A DNA stretch of 63,980 nucleotides, the filler included, from Octopus bimaculoides (lineage: Eukaryota), in assembly GCF_001194135.2 (NCBI RefSeq). It is 7 parts of 7 records of this genome, joined end to end, with 100 filler letters (N's around TTAATTAATTAA, not from the genome) between each part and the next. Parts side by side here need not be neighbours in the genome. Positions count along the whole stretch, not along the records: positions 1 to 25,701 come from NC_068983.1; positions 25,802 to 40,078 come from NC_068987.1; 5 more parts are not named here. One strand, written 5' to 3'. The notes beneath the pieces were generated by a model that made no database searches, was not told where the DNA came from, and saw nothing but the letters and a program-made list of their open reading frames with translations. The position numbers and the translations under genes were made by a program. Below, one piece after another: positions 13,406-26,699 of this stretch (positions are counted from its first letter, which is position 1; each line of letters opens with the position of its first letter).

Positions 13406-14696
13406 TCAATTCGCACACACACACACACGCATATATATATGTGTATATATATACATTTAACTGACATATATTATTAAAGCAAATAAATAATTTTTAATGA
13501 GTTAGTTACGATGTGCCTTCATGATTACTTATATAGCTTCATACATACATTCTCTTCAGAGACACAAAAACACAAGACACATAATATAGTGTTTGAGCGT
13601 ATGTTTTGAAGTGTTTACTTTGAAGTCGGCTTACATTACTAGCTGCTTACACTCAAGATACATTTTTTAAAGTATTTGTTAAAGGACTAACACATTAGTA
13701 TGTCAAATATAAAATATTATTTGACAAATTCTGTCAATGATTGAAGCCTCTCTACCCGATTACCTGAAAAAATAAATATCGAGAGCTTTTGTATCTTTTA
13801 CTGCGTGTTGTATGATGGTGCACTGGATCTCGGAAACGATGTAACTCATAAATTCACCGTCGATGTATTTATACTTTTATATAGATATTACAGTTCAGAT
13901 TTGATATATACTTCATCACATCTAGATTGAATGTTTACATGTTAAGTGCACTATTTACAACATGTTATTAACATTTATTGGTATGTTTTACATGCAATAT
14001 TTAATATGTATCTTTAGAAGCAAAGCAAACGGAAATTTATAGAAGTGAAAGAAAAATCCCACCGCACAAAAAAAAAAAAATGTATTATGAAACACTTTAG
14101 CCAAGAGAGCTCGCATATTTACTATAAACCAAACAAAAGCCTAAATGAACAAAGACTATTATTAAGTATTTATTGATTTTTAAATAAGTAAAACGAAATG
14201 TATGTTATATAACATATGATCTGTTTTTTGAAGACGCTATATATTATAGATATCCATATATATAAAAATATGTGCGTGTGTATATGTATATTCATACAAA
14301 TATGTATGTGTGTTTGTGTACCTATAAACGCACATATGCACACATTTATCCGTTGCCTGTATGAATCTAGATATATTTTCTTTTGATATGTTTTTTTCTA
14401 GTCACGAGATTTATTGTATTGCTGTTTCCCAATAACAGTTACATTTATTTGGAATAAACTTTGATGTTTCCCAATATTGGACTTTTATGATTGATAACAT
14501 GATTAATGTAAGAACCTGTTGAATATGTAAACAGATTACTACGGGTAAAGATGATATATATTACTGTATGTTATATAACATTTAAGCAACTTACAATGAT
14601 GTCATGTTTGTATGTGACATATTATGAATATAAATACATGCATGCAAAAATACCTTCCTGGGGTGAGTTCTTGTGTACACACATGCGCGCGCGCGC

Positions 14697-14743
<47 letters not shown>

Positions 14744-16334
14744 NNNNNNNNNNACGTGAAACAATAGGGTATGGCCCCATGCATATTAAAGTTTCATAGG
14801 TTCGTCACGGGAATCTAGCTCGTCAGAGTGGAAGCTGAGCTACTTTTGGTTCAGGTTTTTCACATGGTGTTGTTGGCATTACAGGAATATCGAATTCATG
14901 TGACTTCCTTGGACTACGCGGTTGAAAAGGGAAATGGTGGCTCCTCACGAATGGGATATCGAAGATTGACGAATGGGGTATCAAAGATTCAGTACTATTT
15001 CCGCTACCAACTAATCTTTAGTTCCATTCATATATTTCTATTGCAAACATTTTAAATTATAATATTTTCCATAACTCAACTATCGTAAACATTTTATACG
15101 ACGACGACGGATGGCGATAATGTAACATTTTCTATATGAGTTTGTACCTTAAAACACATCTATCATTACGACTGGTATTCGAAGGAACTTAGCCGGGGAG
15201 AGTAAACGCGCGCGCGTGCATAAATGTGTAGAAGAGTGAAGAGGTGGGTGCTTGTGGCATCTGATCCATTGTACGTATGTCTGTCTGTATGTATGTGTGC
15301 ATGTGTGCGTATTTGTGTGTGGGTGTGTGTGTGTGTGTTTAATTTGTGGACTACTGGGTATATGTTAATTAGAGTGTTGATATTTTGAGCAAAGCACTAG
15401 CACACTTTAGGCTACATGGTAACAGCCGCAGTTAGGGTATATTTCTGTTGGATCTACTTCAGGAATATCGCAGTGTTAGTTGAGATAATAATCGAAATAG
15501 CAGTTGGATTTGGTATTAGCCTTTTTTACGTACCGACAGAATAGGAAGACGTAATTTCCATAGGATTTGAGTTGTAATTTAGCGCACAGCAAAAAGTAAA
15601 ATAACTCATATGGAACTTTAACTATGTGTGTATGTCAAAGGAAGTTATTTTTGCATAACTTGCTTGATTCCAAAGGAAGAACATGTAGTGCAGCTGTAAT
15701 ATTTTAACATTAGGAGGTCTCGGTACATTATAATGCGAAATTGAAAGAGAAAGATAGTGCCTAATTTTACGCACGCGTGCAACATGGGGCGAAAGTGAAA
15801 ATTACCTTAAAATCGTACGGCACGACCTCATTGTTGAGGTTCTCGGTGTACCCCTCTCTCCCGCTTTCCCCCTTGATTTGTGCTGCTTTCCTTCACCTTC
15901 ACCAATATAACATACAATATCAATTTGGTGCTGGCTTTCTTTCACATACACAGGGTGATCATCGGCGTCTGTCTCGCACTCGTTATCCGTGTTTCTACTT
16001 TTCCTATAGAAACTTGTTTTCTGTCTTTGTTTCTTTTTCTTATCCCTGTCTATGTAGCCTGGATCTTATCTACACCATTCCTTAACTCTTGTATTCTTAT
16101 TTGCATACCCAGCAACACTGGTCACTTACCGTGAAATATAAATGGAACTTTTCTCAATTTATCGTACTTCGATACGAACCTTCCATCTAAATAAACAACT
16201 ATTGTTCCAACACCTCAATTCTTGGACCTTATATATATATATAAGTTTTAACTGATTTTACAGTTTTGTACTGATTTTCAGATAATTCGAAATGGAAAGA
16301 CGTGGCTTATTTTGCAGCTGTTTTCTTCTGACTA

Positions 16335-16605
16335 GTCTTTGAAGCTTGTGAATGATGTAATGAAGATTACATAGATCAAACAAAAGCTTACTCTAAGAAA
16401 TCGACTGACCGTTCACCGATAGCAAATACGAGACCCCAGTACTAGACAGATTCAACTGAGTAGACACATATACATTTCTTCAAAAAATAAGTCCCCCGAA
16501 TTCAGGTCTTCCCTCTCTAACTATGTAAGTGAATACCAGAGATGAAGCACAGATAAAAAAGAGAATGCTTTCATACAAAACTACGAACCCAAACTTAACA
16601 AATAA
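16335..16605 (+). mobile_element. Penelope-like element GIY-YIG endonuclease remnant
   Basis: CNEDYIDQT / TLRNRLTVHR*QIRDPSTRQIQLSRH ... KENAFIQNYEPKLNK*; frameshifted. Confidence 0.75.
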
Positions 16606-17723
16606 CTATTCCCAGACAAAACTCATATGTATATATATATATAGGGTTGCTAAATCAAACTCCATTCTTCACCAAGTGCCAAATATTGTAAAAGGGTCCC
16701 TGTAATAACAGGGTAGCAACACGGTGGTGCATCAACATGGCCGCAGCTCTAAGCTGAAACTTTATATATATATATACACATACACACTTGTGTTTGTGTT
16801 TGTGTTTGTGCGTGTTTGTTGTTTGTATGTATGCTTACATGTATTTTTCCCTGTAAGTAGAAATGTAATTGGGGCTATATCGTGTTTCCCTGGGCTAAAT
16901 TTTTTTCCGTGCTTATCATNNNNNNNNNNNNNNNNNNNNNNNNNNNNNNNNNNNNNNNNNNNNNNNNNNNNNNNNNNNNNNNNNNNNNNNNNNNNNNNNN
17001 NNNNNNNNNNNNNNNNNNNNNNNNNNNNNNNNNNNNNNNNNNNNNNNNNNNNNNNNNNNNNNNNNNNNNNNNNNNNNNNNNNNNNNNNNNNNNNNNNNNN
17101 NNNNNNNNNNNNNNNNNNNNNNNNNNNNNNNNNNNNNNNNNNNNNNNNNNNNNNNNNNNNNNNNNNNNNNNNNNNNNNNNNNNNNNNNNNNNNNNNNNNN
17201 NNNNNNNNNNNNNNNNNNNNNNNNNNNNNNNNNNNNNNNNNNNNNNNNNNNNNNNNNNNNNNNNNNNNNNNNNNNNNNNNNNNNNNNNNNNNNNNNNNNN
17301 NNNNNNNNNNNNNNNNNNNNNNNNNNNNNNNNNNNNNNNNNNNNNNNNNTATATATATATATATATATATTTCCTACGTATGTTGTTTAGTATGTACATG
17401 AGTGTGTATGCATATTTGTATTAATGTATGAAGAGGTGTTGAACTCTTTGACAAATAACTTACATTTACTGATTTCCAGTTACAGTTTGTCTACATCAAA
17501 CCAGCAGCATATGAATAAAATAATTGTGAACATTATGGACAACGATAGTTTTGTTAATGTCCATATTATCACTAACGTCATCAGTAAACGTCCTACGTTA
17601 GGCATTATAATTAAGTTAGAAAACAACTATTCGTTTTTTCTTCAAACTGATACAGACAATCAACTCATAATTACGTTACCTATTGTTGTCACGTGAGAGC
17701 TGATTACAATACACACATATATG

Positions 17724-17761
<38 letters not shown>

Positions 17762-17784
17762 ACACAACCCCACCAATTACTGAC

Positions 17785-17819
<35 letters not shown>

Positions 17820-17823
17820 TATA

Positions 17824-17870
<47 letters not shown>

Positions 17871-17968
17871 CTCTGTGTGTGGGCGAACACACAAATGTAT
17901 GTATATATATATATTGGTATGTATTAATACATGTGTGTATTTCAATCACCTTTCATGTGATAACAATA

Positions 17969-18037
<69 letters not shown>

Positions 18038-18313
18038 AGGCACATATGTATGCATTCTTAGATATATATATATATATACATGGAATCACATTCAAAGTTA
18101 CTCACACATTCACACACATAAATGTACGTAAATAAATGTGTGTGCACAAATACAGACTAGAATGTTAGATATGGAAAGACTGTGATAAATGTCAGTCAGA
18201 AGGAGAATTACTGTCAACACAAACAATTGTACATCTAAGGAAGCATCTCTCTTTCTCTCTCTCACCTCACTAAATACACATATTTCCATATATATCCACT
18301 TATATATGTTTAT

Positions 18314-18370
<57 letters not shown>

Positions 18371-19449
18371 CATATACACATACACACTTACACACATATT
18401 GTTTGAAACAAACGATAAATAAATCAATGTATTGATTTCCTATAATGGTGCTTATATCGCCGGCTATTGTTCTTCTACATATAAAGTCAACCTGATGAGG
18501 GGTTCAGCGTTTAAACACAGAGATAAACAACGCTATCATGTAAAACGTTCTATAGATTTCAAGTTCCTATTATGGATTTATTTTTGTATAGTGTTGTGTA
18601 GTGTAACGTTTTTGTTTACTGTAACTTATGATTAGAGACAAACATGTGTAATCATACCCTACTTTTAGCACAAACATACCTTCTATATTTTACTTTCATT
18701 CCGGTTTTAAACATTAAAATACAGGTAAGTTGTTTGTACCGACACAATGATAAACCTAATGTTAAACCTAATGAGTTTAAACTAATCAGTGAGGAATACT
18801 GCCATATTTATTTCCGGCATACAGTTTACAATCTTTCATGCGTGACTGCATGCGTACCTGTGCAATTTCCTTCTTCTTTGGCAATGTTTTCTTCTAGCTA
18901 TCTCTTCCTTTCTCTCTAGTATCCCTAAAATATGATGGTCATTTTCTTCCTCCAGACATCAACCCCATATTTATAGATGCTTCACACATTCTCTATCTCT
19001 TTTACGCTTGATGGAGCCGTTATGGCACTGCATATATTACTGCGATGGAAGGATTCAGAGAAGCAAGCTTCATTGTTTCCCTAACTCCCTATTGTTATCA
19101 TACGTATCAGGTTCTATCCCCTTTCTACTCTTCTTCTTTCACCATGTTATCTTCTGTCTATCTCCCACATCTGTCTACCATCACTAGAACAGGAATATAT
19201 ACATGTACAAGAAGCGCCCAACCCGTAGCCGATCCGAACCTCCTATATCGGAAGTATCTCTCTTCCTCACTCCTCTAGTAGTGAGTAATAGACTTCGCCT
19301 CCGTTTCTATTCTTGTAACTCTACACCAATTCTTTTTTCTGTAGTCCCATATAAAAAAAAATAATACAATGTTACAGAATACTAGTAATAATTGGGGTAT
19401 TAAGTATGGTAAAAAAGCAACTTATGAACAAAAACGTAGAAGCACGCAG

Positions 19450-19570
19450 AAGGATGAAAGGCAAAGTTGACCACGGCAGAATTTGAACCTGAAACGTAAT
19501 GACAGACAAAATGCCGCTGAACATTTTGCCCAGGGGGGGGGGTGCTAACAATTCTGCCAGCTCACGGACT
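19450..19570 (-). mobile_element. SINE family B, 5' half
   Basis: ggatgaaaggcaaagttgaccacggcagaatttgaac...aacaattctgccagctc, followed by aataataat. Confidence 0.8.
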
Positions 19571-20220
19571 AAATAATAATAGTGTTAATAATGATTGGTG
19601 TTATATTCTCATATCAGCAAATTTACGAATCGACTGCATACAGTAGTTGACATAACAACTCATTATCAGAAACCAATAATAATTTCTAGATTCATTGCCC
19701 ATGAATCACATTCGGTTTGCTGGTCTTACGATGTAAAAGCCAGAATGAAATACCTGAAAAATTCGTTAGTTTATTGTTTTTACAATCCTTAGACTGGGAT
19801 CCAAAGAGCGCGTATTTAGGGGGGTTTATTTGCTTGTAGAGAGAGGAGTTGGAGTCGATTCAAATGAACATTCCATAGTTTACACGCTGATTTTATTACC
19901 TCAAAGCTATTGAATGCAAGTTCGACCTCAACGTGATTTGAACTCGATTCCAATACATCAGAGTCAACATTTTCTTACATCGTTATGTATTCATATATTT
20001 CAGCATAAGCATATATAAGAGCTAGTCAGACGACCGTTTTGCCCTTACTAACCTTTGCGGTTTGCACACTTTTGCGAGCTTTAAGATCAGGTATACGCCT
20101 TGATGAAACGTTTCTCCCTTCCTACTATCAGTGAAGAAGGTGCTGGAAAAATGTTATTATCTTGTTTTCTTTTCTTTTTCTTACTTTATTAATTAGACAT
20201 CGGCCATGATGTGGCACTTC

Positions 20221-20637
20221 TTTACTCTTTTACTCTTTTACTTGTTTCAGTCTTTTGACTGTGGCCATGCTGGAGCACCACCTTTAGTCGAGCAAATCGA
20301 CCCCAGGACTTATTCTTTAGAAGCCTAGTACTTATTCTATCGGTCTATTTTGCCGAACCGCTAAGTTACGGGGACATAAACACACCAGCATCGGTTGTCA
20401 AGCGATGTTGGGGGGACAAAGACAGACACACAAACACATACATGCACACATACATATATATATACATACATACGACGGGCTTCTTTCAGTTTCCGTCTAC
20501 CAAATCCACTCACAAGACTTTGGTCGGCCCGAGGCTATAGTAGAAGACACTTTCCCAAGATGCCACGCAGTGGGACTGGACCCAGGACCATGTGGTTGGT
20601 AAGCAAGCTACTTACCACACATCCTCTCCTACGCCTA
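20221..20637 (-). mobile_element. SINE family A, full length and best preserved; internal CA/TA microsatellite
   Basis: tRNA-like head with A/B-box-like motifs, module 1, microsatellite, module 2 and a (GAGTAAAA)n-type tail. Confidence 0.95.
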
Positions 20638-20699
20638 TAGAATTTTATTTGAAAGAATCGACCACAATACATTTTTTTTTTATTTTAAGCGTAGTACAA

Positions 20700-21050
20700 C
20701 TTGTATCGGTGTGTGTTGTCAAACAATCTGTTACAGGGGCGCAAATACACCACCAACACACAATGTCAAGCGTCGGTGGAGAACGAACACACACACACAG
20801 ACTTACGCACACAGACACACACAGACAGACATACACAAATTCTCACAGACACAGACACATAGAGACTCACACACAGACACACACAGACACACACAGACTC
20901 ACATACAGGCACAAACGTGAACACACACACACACACCCACACAGACATGCATGTACGATGGACTTTCAGTTTCCGTTTCCTGAATCCGCTTGAAAGTCTA
21001 TGGACGATTAGCGAGTATAGCAGAACTCATTTGACTAAGATGTCACATTT
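20700..21050 (-). mobile_element. SINE family A, degenerate, expanded internal CA tract
   Basis: tgtcaagcgtcggtgg...(CA)n...gtacgatggactttcagtttccgt. Confidence 0.6.
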
Positions 21051-22403
21051 AGTTATGAAGCCATCTTCTTAACACATGAAAATAACATTACAATAACCCA
21101 GAATATTGTCATGTTGTAAATTTTCTAATTCTATGGTAATCAGACACACACATTAATTTATAAGTAAATCTCTCTTTTAACTTGAATAAACAACGTATGT
21201 CAATTCTTCAACAGTAATGTTTCGATCTTAATCGCAATATTGTGAACAGGAATTTAAGTAACAGGTACTATTCAAAAATTTCATAAGTTTCACATTGCAT
21301 ACTGTAGATTAAATTTCGATAGCGCATGTTAAATGTTGAACTTCTTGGCACATGCAAGCTATTGACTCAGTACAGTCTGGAACAAGGCATGCGTTAATCA
21401 CTTAAAAGTATCTCATAGCTATTAAAATGTGTAAAATTTCAGGCTATCCTTGTAAGGAAAACTGGAATAACTTAAAGTTGCAAGTAATAAAAAAAAGTTA
21501 GCAGGATCCAAGCATATCCTAATCATAATATTTCCAATTCGCAAAAACATCGGTTGATCACTCAGTTACTCCAGCAAGTTGGTCTTAGCAGCATATTACA
21601 CAACTTGCATCAGAAAAATATCTAAGGGCGTACAGAGCAATGATATAATATTTCAGCCTTTTAAATAGTAATCTGACGCTTTTATGCTATTCTCATGACC
21701 ATCTGTAACTGGGTGTTACCGATAATATATTTACTGTGTGTACTCTGCGCTAGCGACTGCAACAGAAGACAAAATAGATAAGAAAAGAAATGAAACTGTT
21801 AATCACGGTGTTACTTATCATCTCATTAGACACGTAAATATCAGAAATATTTGTCTTTCTGGTCAAATCCACAAGAGACTAATAGAATTACATTCGTAAT
21901 ACGATAAGAAAATCGTTAGACGCCTGACTAGCTGCTTAAAAGACTAACTGACAGAAGATATTCACCTAATATTTTAATGATTTGGCTTCATAGTGACCTC
22001 ACAAAACAATTCGGGTAGCTGATCTAATCTAAAGCTGAAAATGAAAGCGGTAAAAATAACTTGTTATGCTACACTATCATATTAATTGAATATTATCATA
22101 TTTTTTTTTTCTCACGGAACACAATTCTGCAACTGACGTGAGTGGTATAGAGGCCAACGAAGTCAGACATTTCATCCATATATAGTAGTTGTAAAACTGG
22201 ATCATAACCATTGCATTTACGCCCACTTATTTTATGCATAAACGGAGTCATTGGAATTAAGACATAGACTATATTTTCCATATTTTGTTTAAATAATTCA
22301 ATATCGAATGGTGTTGGAGGAACAAATATTATTTCTTTTTTATGTTACGAAATCCATTTATTTGTGGCATAGTTTCTATACTTATTTCCTCATTTTCAGG
22401 ACG

Positions 22404-22451
<48 letters not shown>

Positions 22452-22996
22452 CATAAATATATAGGGATTGACAGTAACCTGCTTCTCCAGCATACTGAGA
22501 ATTCAGAAATAGCAGTCAAAGAACTACTGATTTCAAAACTACAANNNNNNNNNNNNNNNNNNNNNNNNNNNNNNNNNNNNNNNNNNNNNNNNNNNNNNNN
22601 NNNNNNNNNNNNNNNNNNNNNNNNNNNNNNNNNNNNNNNNNNNNNNNNNNNNNNNNNNNNNNNNNNNNNNNNNNNNNNNNNNNNNNNNNNNNNNNNNNNN
22701 NNNNNNNNNNNNNNNNNNNNNNNNNNNNNNNNNNNNNNNNNNNNNNNNNNNNNNNNNNNNNNNNNNNNNNNNNNNNNNNNNNNNNNNNNNNNNNNNNNNN
22801 NNNNNNNNNNNNNNNNNNNNNNNNNNNNNNNNNNNNNNNNNNNNNNNNNNNNNNNNNNNNNNNNNNNNNNNNNNNNNNNNNNNNNNNNNNNNNNNNNNNN
22901 NNNNNNTATATATTAAGTTACTTGTAAATAGCGTTACTGGTGTATATCTGTGCCATACCAGATATGATTATATGTCATTCATTCTGTGTGTATTAT

Positions 22997-23463
22997 TTAC
23001 GAAGAGGGCTTTAGATGCATTGTTAATTGGGAAATTAGTCTAATTCCTATTTCCTCAACACTGTAAATGTCTTCTTCCAACTTTACAGCGTGTGTAATAC
23101 TGCGCTTTTCCTTAGAAAAAGTTAATTCCCAGACATAACAGAATTTGTTTGGATCATTTTTGCACTGTCTTGCACTCATTGCTGAAGACAAGTAAGATCT
23201 GAAAGATAAAAAATAACATTAAACACAAGCCTTGAATCACATTGTAGGTATTACTAAGATTGGTCTCTAGCCATGGGTTGAAACGCATTTTATAATGCAG
23301 TAGAGAATTGTATTTAATAATAATGACAAAAAGGTATACAGTGACAATTCGGTAGAAACCATGCCTAATTCAACAAAAAGAAGCCCAGAAATTGATTTCC
23401 CGTGTCATTTTGCATATAAAAATGGCCACAGCTCTTTTGTCCTTTTTCGAGTGTTGCACAGTG
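22997..23463 (-). mobile_element. DNA transposon 5' end remnant (superfamily not assigned)
   Basis: Minus strand starts CACTGTGCAAC at 23463 and leads to SARQCKNDPNKFCYVWELTFSKEKRSITHAVK, resembling the C-x-N-x-P-x-x-FCY[IV]CG N-terminus of a transposon-associated protein family (from memory). Confidence 0.55.
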
Positions 23464-24750
23464 TTATCAAAGACAATATTATCAAGCGTTCCTTCCCTAT
23501 TTCACGCCAGTTGGATGGTGTTAGACAGATATAGTTTAAATCATTTAGGTTCGCTTTCTCTTCCTAAAATATGCAACAACTTCAATTAGCTGATTTTTAT
23601 TGCATTTCCATGTATTGAATTTCATTTAATTTGGAGGCTTTACACATATCGAAGTACATGGTACAGAAGTAAGTGTCGAAGTTTCTGTTGGAAATATTTA
23701 TATGAATTATTCTTCATTACTGTAAAATGAACATATGAATGATAGTGAAAGGATTTAAGACCTTTAGGGTAAATCTTTTCTAGTTGGCTGACTAGGAAGC
23801 ATTCTTTGTTAAGACGCCTCATTCAAAAGCGAAGAGAAACAGGTCTCTAATTACAACGTTATCTTGACTTCTAAAGGAACCAAGTCCACCACACAAAATG
23901 CATGACATTTCCCAGCCCAGATTTATCTACCATATATAGCTTCACAAATGCATCCTTGAATACGATTTAAAGAGAGGAAAGTCTGCACTCTGTCTCTTTT
24001 TCAACACTTCACATTTTCTTTATATACATCGAAATTATGATTTTGGATTTGAATGTTTTTGGTCGCACGCCTCTAGGATAATTTGTAAACGTTATATATT
24101 CTCTTCGTATAACAATAAAACCTAATTTTTGTTAACGTATTCAAATTAGGCTGAACATTTTCTGAACGTGCGTAGAGTACCAAGAAGGAATTTAAGCATG
24201 GTTTGTTATTTTCAATCTTAGTTCCAAACGTTTTGACGTAAAATGAAATAATTCAATGTTCACAACTTCAAGAAAAGATAACATTCCATTCATATAAGAG
24301 ATTAATAAATAGTTCACGCATATGCTCAACGTGGTATTACAGAGGTAAAAGATAGAAATGAATAAAATATTATGACACACTAACTACTATGGGTTTCAAA
24401 TGTATTCTTAATGGCTCAAGAAAACGGACGTAACGAAATATGTTGTGCATTACTTTAAAGGAATCGATGTCAGCCTTTTCTGCATCGCACGATGTACAAA
24501 TGATGAAATATAAATCATTTTCAAAATCGAAAATATGCTCATGAGGATTATAATGGAGCAGTGTATGTGACAAAATTCGAGGTTCTTGAGTACTGCCACT
24601 GTTGATTTTAATTATGAATGTGCGATTCAGAAAGTGGCTAACATAGATAAATGTTTCTCTAAAATGTTATTATGGTTTCGCTTGATTTCAGTTTCTTTAA
24701 TTATACTGATAAACTAGCGTTAATACAGACAAAAATTAACATCTACCTGC

Positions 24751-24813
24751 GGCAGCTGATGACGATATAATTTATATACATATCCCCGTCAGAATCATGA
24801 GTCTTATACTGCC
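24751..24813 (+). ncRNA. Heavily degenerate type I hammerhead-like remnant
   Basis: GGCAG-CTGATGA...GATAT/ATATC...GAAT...ATA-CTGCC; helix I and the first core strand intact, GAAA strand damaged. Confidence 0.3.
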
Positions 24814-25614
24814 CACCTCAAATCTGACAACTAATGTTAGAAACAATATATCTATAAATGTTGTTTAGAGTTACCTTTTCTCAAGTTATCCACTGATCAG
24901 CAAGAAATAAGTTTCATGATATGACACGTAGTATTGCTTTCGATTCCGTTGCTGTTGTAATATTGATAGGAGATATTATAAAGAAACCGCATTCATCTTT
25001 GAGAGGATATATATGTTGGGTTACTTGAAACTCTGCATCTTACTTGCACTTCAGTTTGTAGACCCCGTAATAATAAATTTCATTATTTCGATAGTACAAT
25101 TGCAATGCAGAAGCTTATGTCAGGTGAAATACCCTAAAATATATATTAGCACCATTAAACTGATTCCAACGCAATTCTACCTTCATAATTACAAATATAC
25201 CAGCATTCATTTATCTGCAATGGTACAATTGTTAGAGAAATGGCGTACCAAAATGCTACTACAATACTAACCTGTCCACTTTGGTTTCATCACCCCGCGT
25301 CGAATTCGTGATCATCCATTTATTGTACTAGTATAAAGGCATTAAGTAACCATATACTAATTATCTTAGTAACAACGCTTATATTCAATGACGGATTACA
25401 CATTTGTTGTAATAAGATATAGTTATCCTGAGACCTGTGTTATAAAGGCTTCAACTAACCTCGTTAATCTGCAGAAATACTGTATTTGTATTTTTATGAC
25501 TTCTTTGTAAAATTACAAAGATGATTTGAATTGGCAGAGGAGAAGTAAGATTTATATTTTTATACTCCTACTTAAGTGAAAACTTACGTTTGTGTGTCTG
25601 TCTGAGTACGAGTT

Positions 25615-25654
<40 letters not shown>

Positions 25655-25664
25655 CCTCTCTCTC

Positions 25665-25701
<37 letters not shown>

Positions 25702-25745
25702 NNNNNNNNNNNNNNNNNNNNNNNNNNNNNNNNNNNNNNNNNNNN

Positions 25746-25757
25746 TTAATTAATTAA
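25746..25757. other. Assembly linker TTAATTAATTAA between N runs (also 40123, 48569, 53649, 57417, 61628)
   Basis: Identical 12-mer with stops in all six frames, centred in 100-nt N blocks, six times. Confidence 0.95.
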
Positions 25758-25801
25758 NNNNNNNNNNNNNNNNNNNNNNNNNNNNNNNNNNNNNNNNNNN
25801 N

Positions 25802-25837
<36 letters not shown>

Positions 25838-25949
25838 GTATAAAGTCATACACGCACTCATATATGTGTGTATATACATATATGAGTGCGTGTGTACATA
25901 TGAAAATATATGAACACGCACTTATACGCATATATGCATAAATAGTGTT

Positions 25950-26163
25950 GGTTTCAAATTCTGGCACAAAGCCAGCAAGTTCGGAGGTGGAGCTAAATCG
26001 ATTAAATCGACGCTCAGTGTTCAGTTGCTTCTTATTTTATTGACCGCGAAAGGATGAAAAGCAAAGTCGACCTCGGCGGAATTTGAACTCAGAACGTAAA
26101 GACGGGCGAAGTGCCGCTAAGCATTTTGCTCGGTGTGTTAACGATTCTGCCAGCTCACATCCT
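25950..26163 (-). mobile_element. SINE family B, full length
   Basis: aaattctggcacaaagcc...gaaaggatgaaaagcaaagtcgacctcggcggaatttgaactcagaacgtaaagac...aacgattctgccagctc. Confidence 0.9.
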
Positions 26164-26699
26164 TATGTACATTCATAATACGACATATGTATCCTAAACT
26201 TTGCAAGTTAGCGCTTTTGGCATTGTTCTCGGCTTTTGAAAATGGTGATTAATAAGTCCGTGTGTGTCTGTGTATGATTGTGCGCGTGTGTGTGTGTGCG
26301 TGTATGTGTGTGTGTGTATGCATACGTATATGCATATATTTATATGTATAAGACGAGAAAAATGAAGATAATATAGTATAAGCCTGGAATTACTATTCTT
26401 CTATAAGATACGTAGTCCATATACCAGTGATAAGTACCCAGTATGCATGAACCAGTGGACCACTTTAAATACTAGTGTTAACAACTTACATTACAGTTGT
26501 GTGTGTTCGTGCGTGTGTGTGTCTGTGTGTGTGTGCGTGCGCGCGCGTGTGGGAATAAACGGAAGAAAGTAGCACGCAACACGTTTAGTTGGAATTGTAA
26601 GTATTTTATAACAGATTCACTCAGTTCCACAGTTTCGTAGGTGTAGAACAATCCTGCATCCTCCATTAAGCCCTTCATTGTTATTCTTGTCGCTTATGC

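Noticed and set aside
14760-15060. GC-richer stretch, possibly a retroelement remnant
   Set aside because: No diagnostic motif in any frame
18644-18735. Strong donor CAG|GTAAGT near 18725
   Set aside because: Weak acceptor and an unrecognisable peptide; isolated sites are expected by chance
18900-19330. Purine-skewed stretch resembling an old LINE 3' region
   Set aside because: No motif could be read with confidence
20065-20115. Hammerhead-like TCAGG/CCTTGA-TGAAACGTTTCTC
   Set aside because: The CUGANGA strand is unrecognisable (TTTAAGA), so it is too degenerate to call
24370-24573. 67-aa complex ORF (FRYVRFLEPLR)
   Set aside because: Only superficial S4-like spacing; several frames are open and the splice sites are weak
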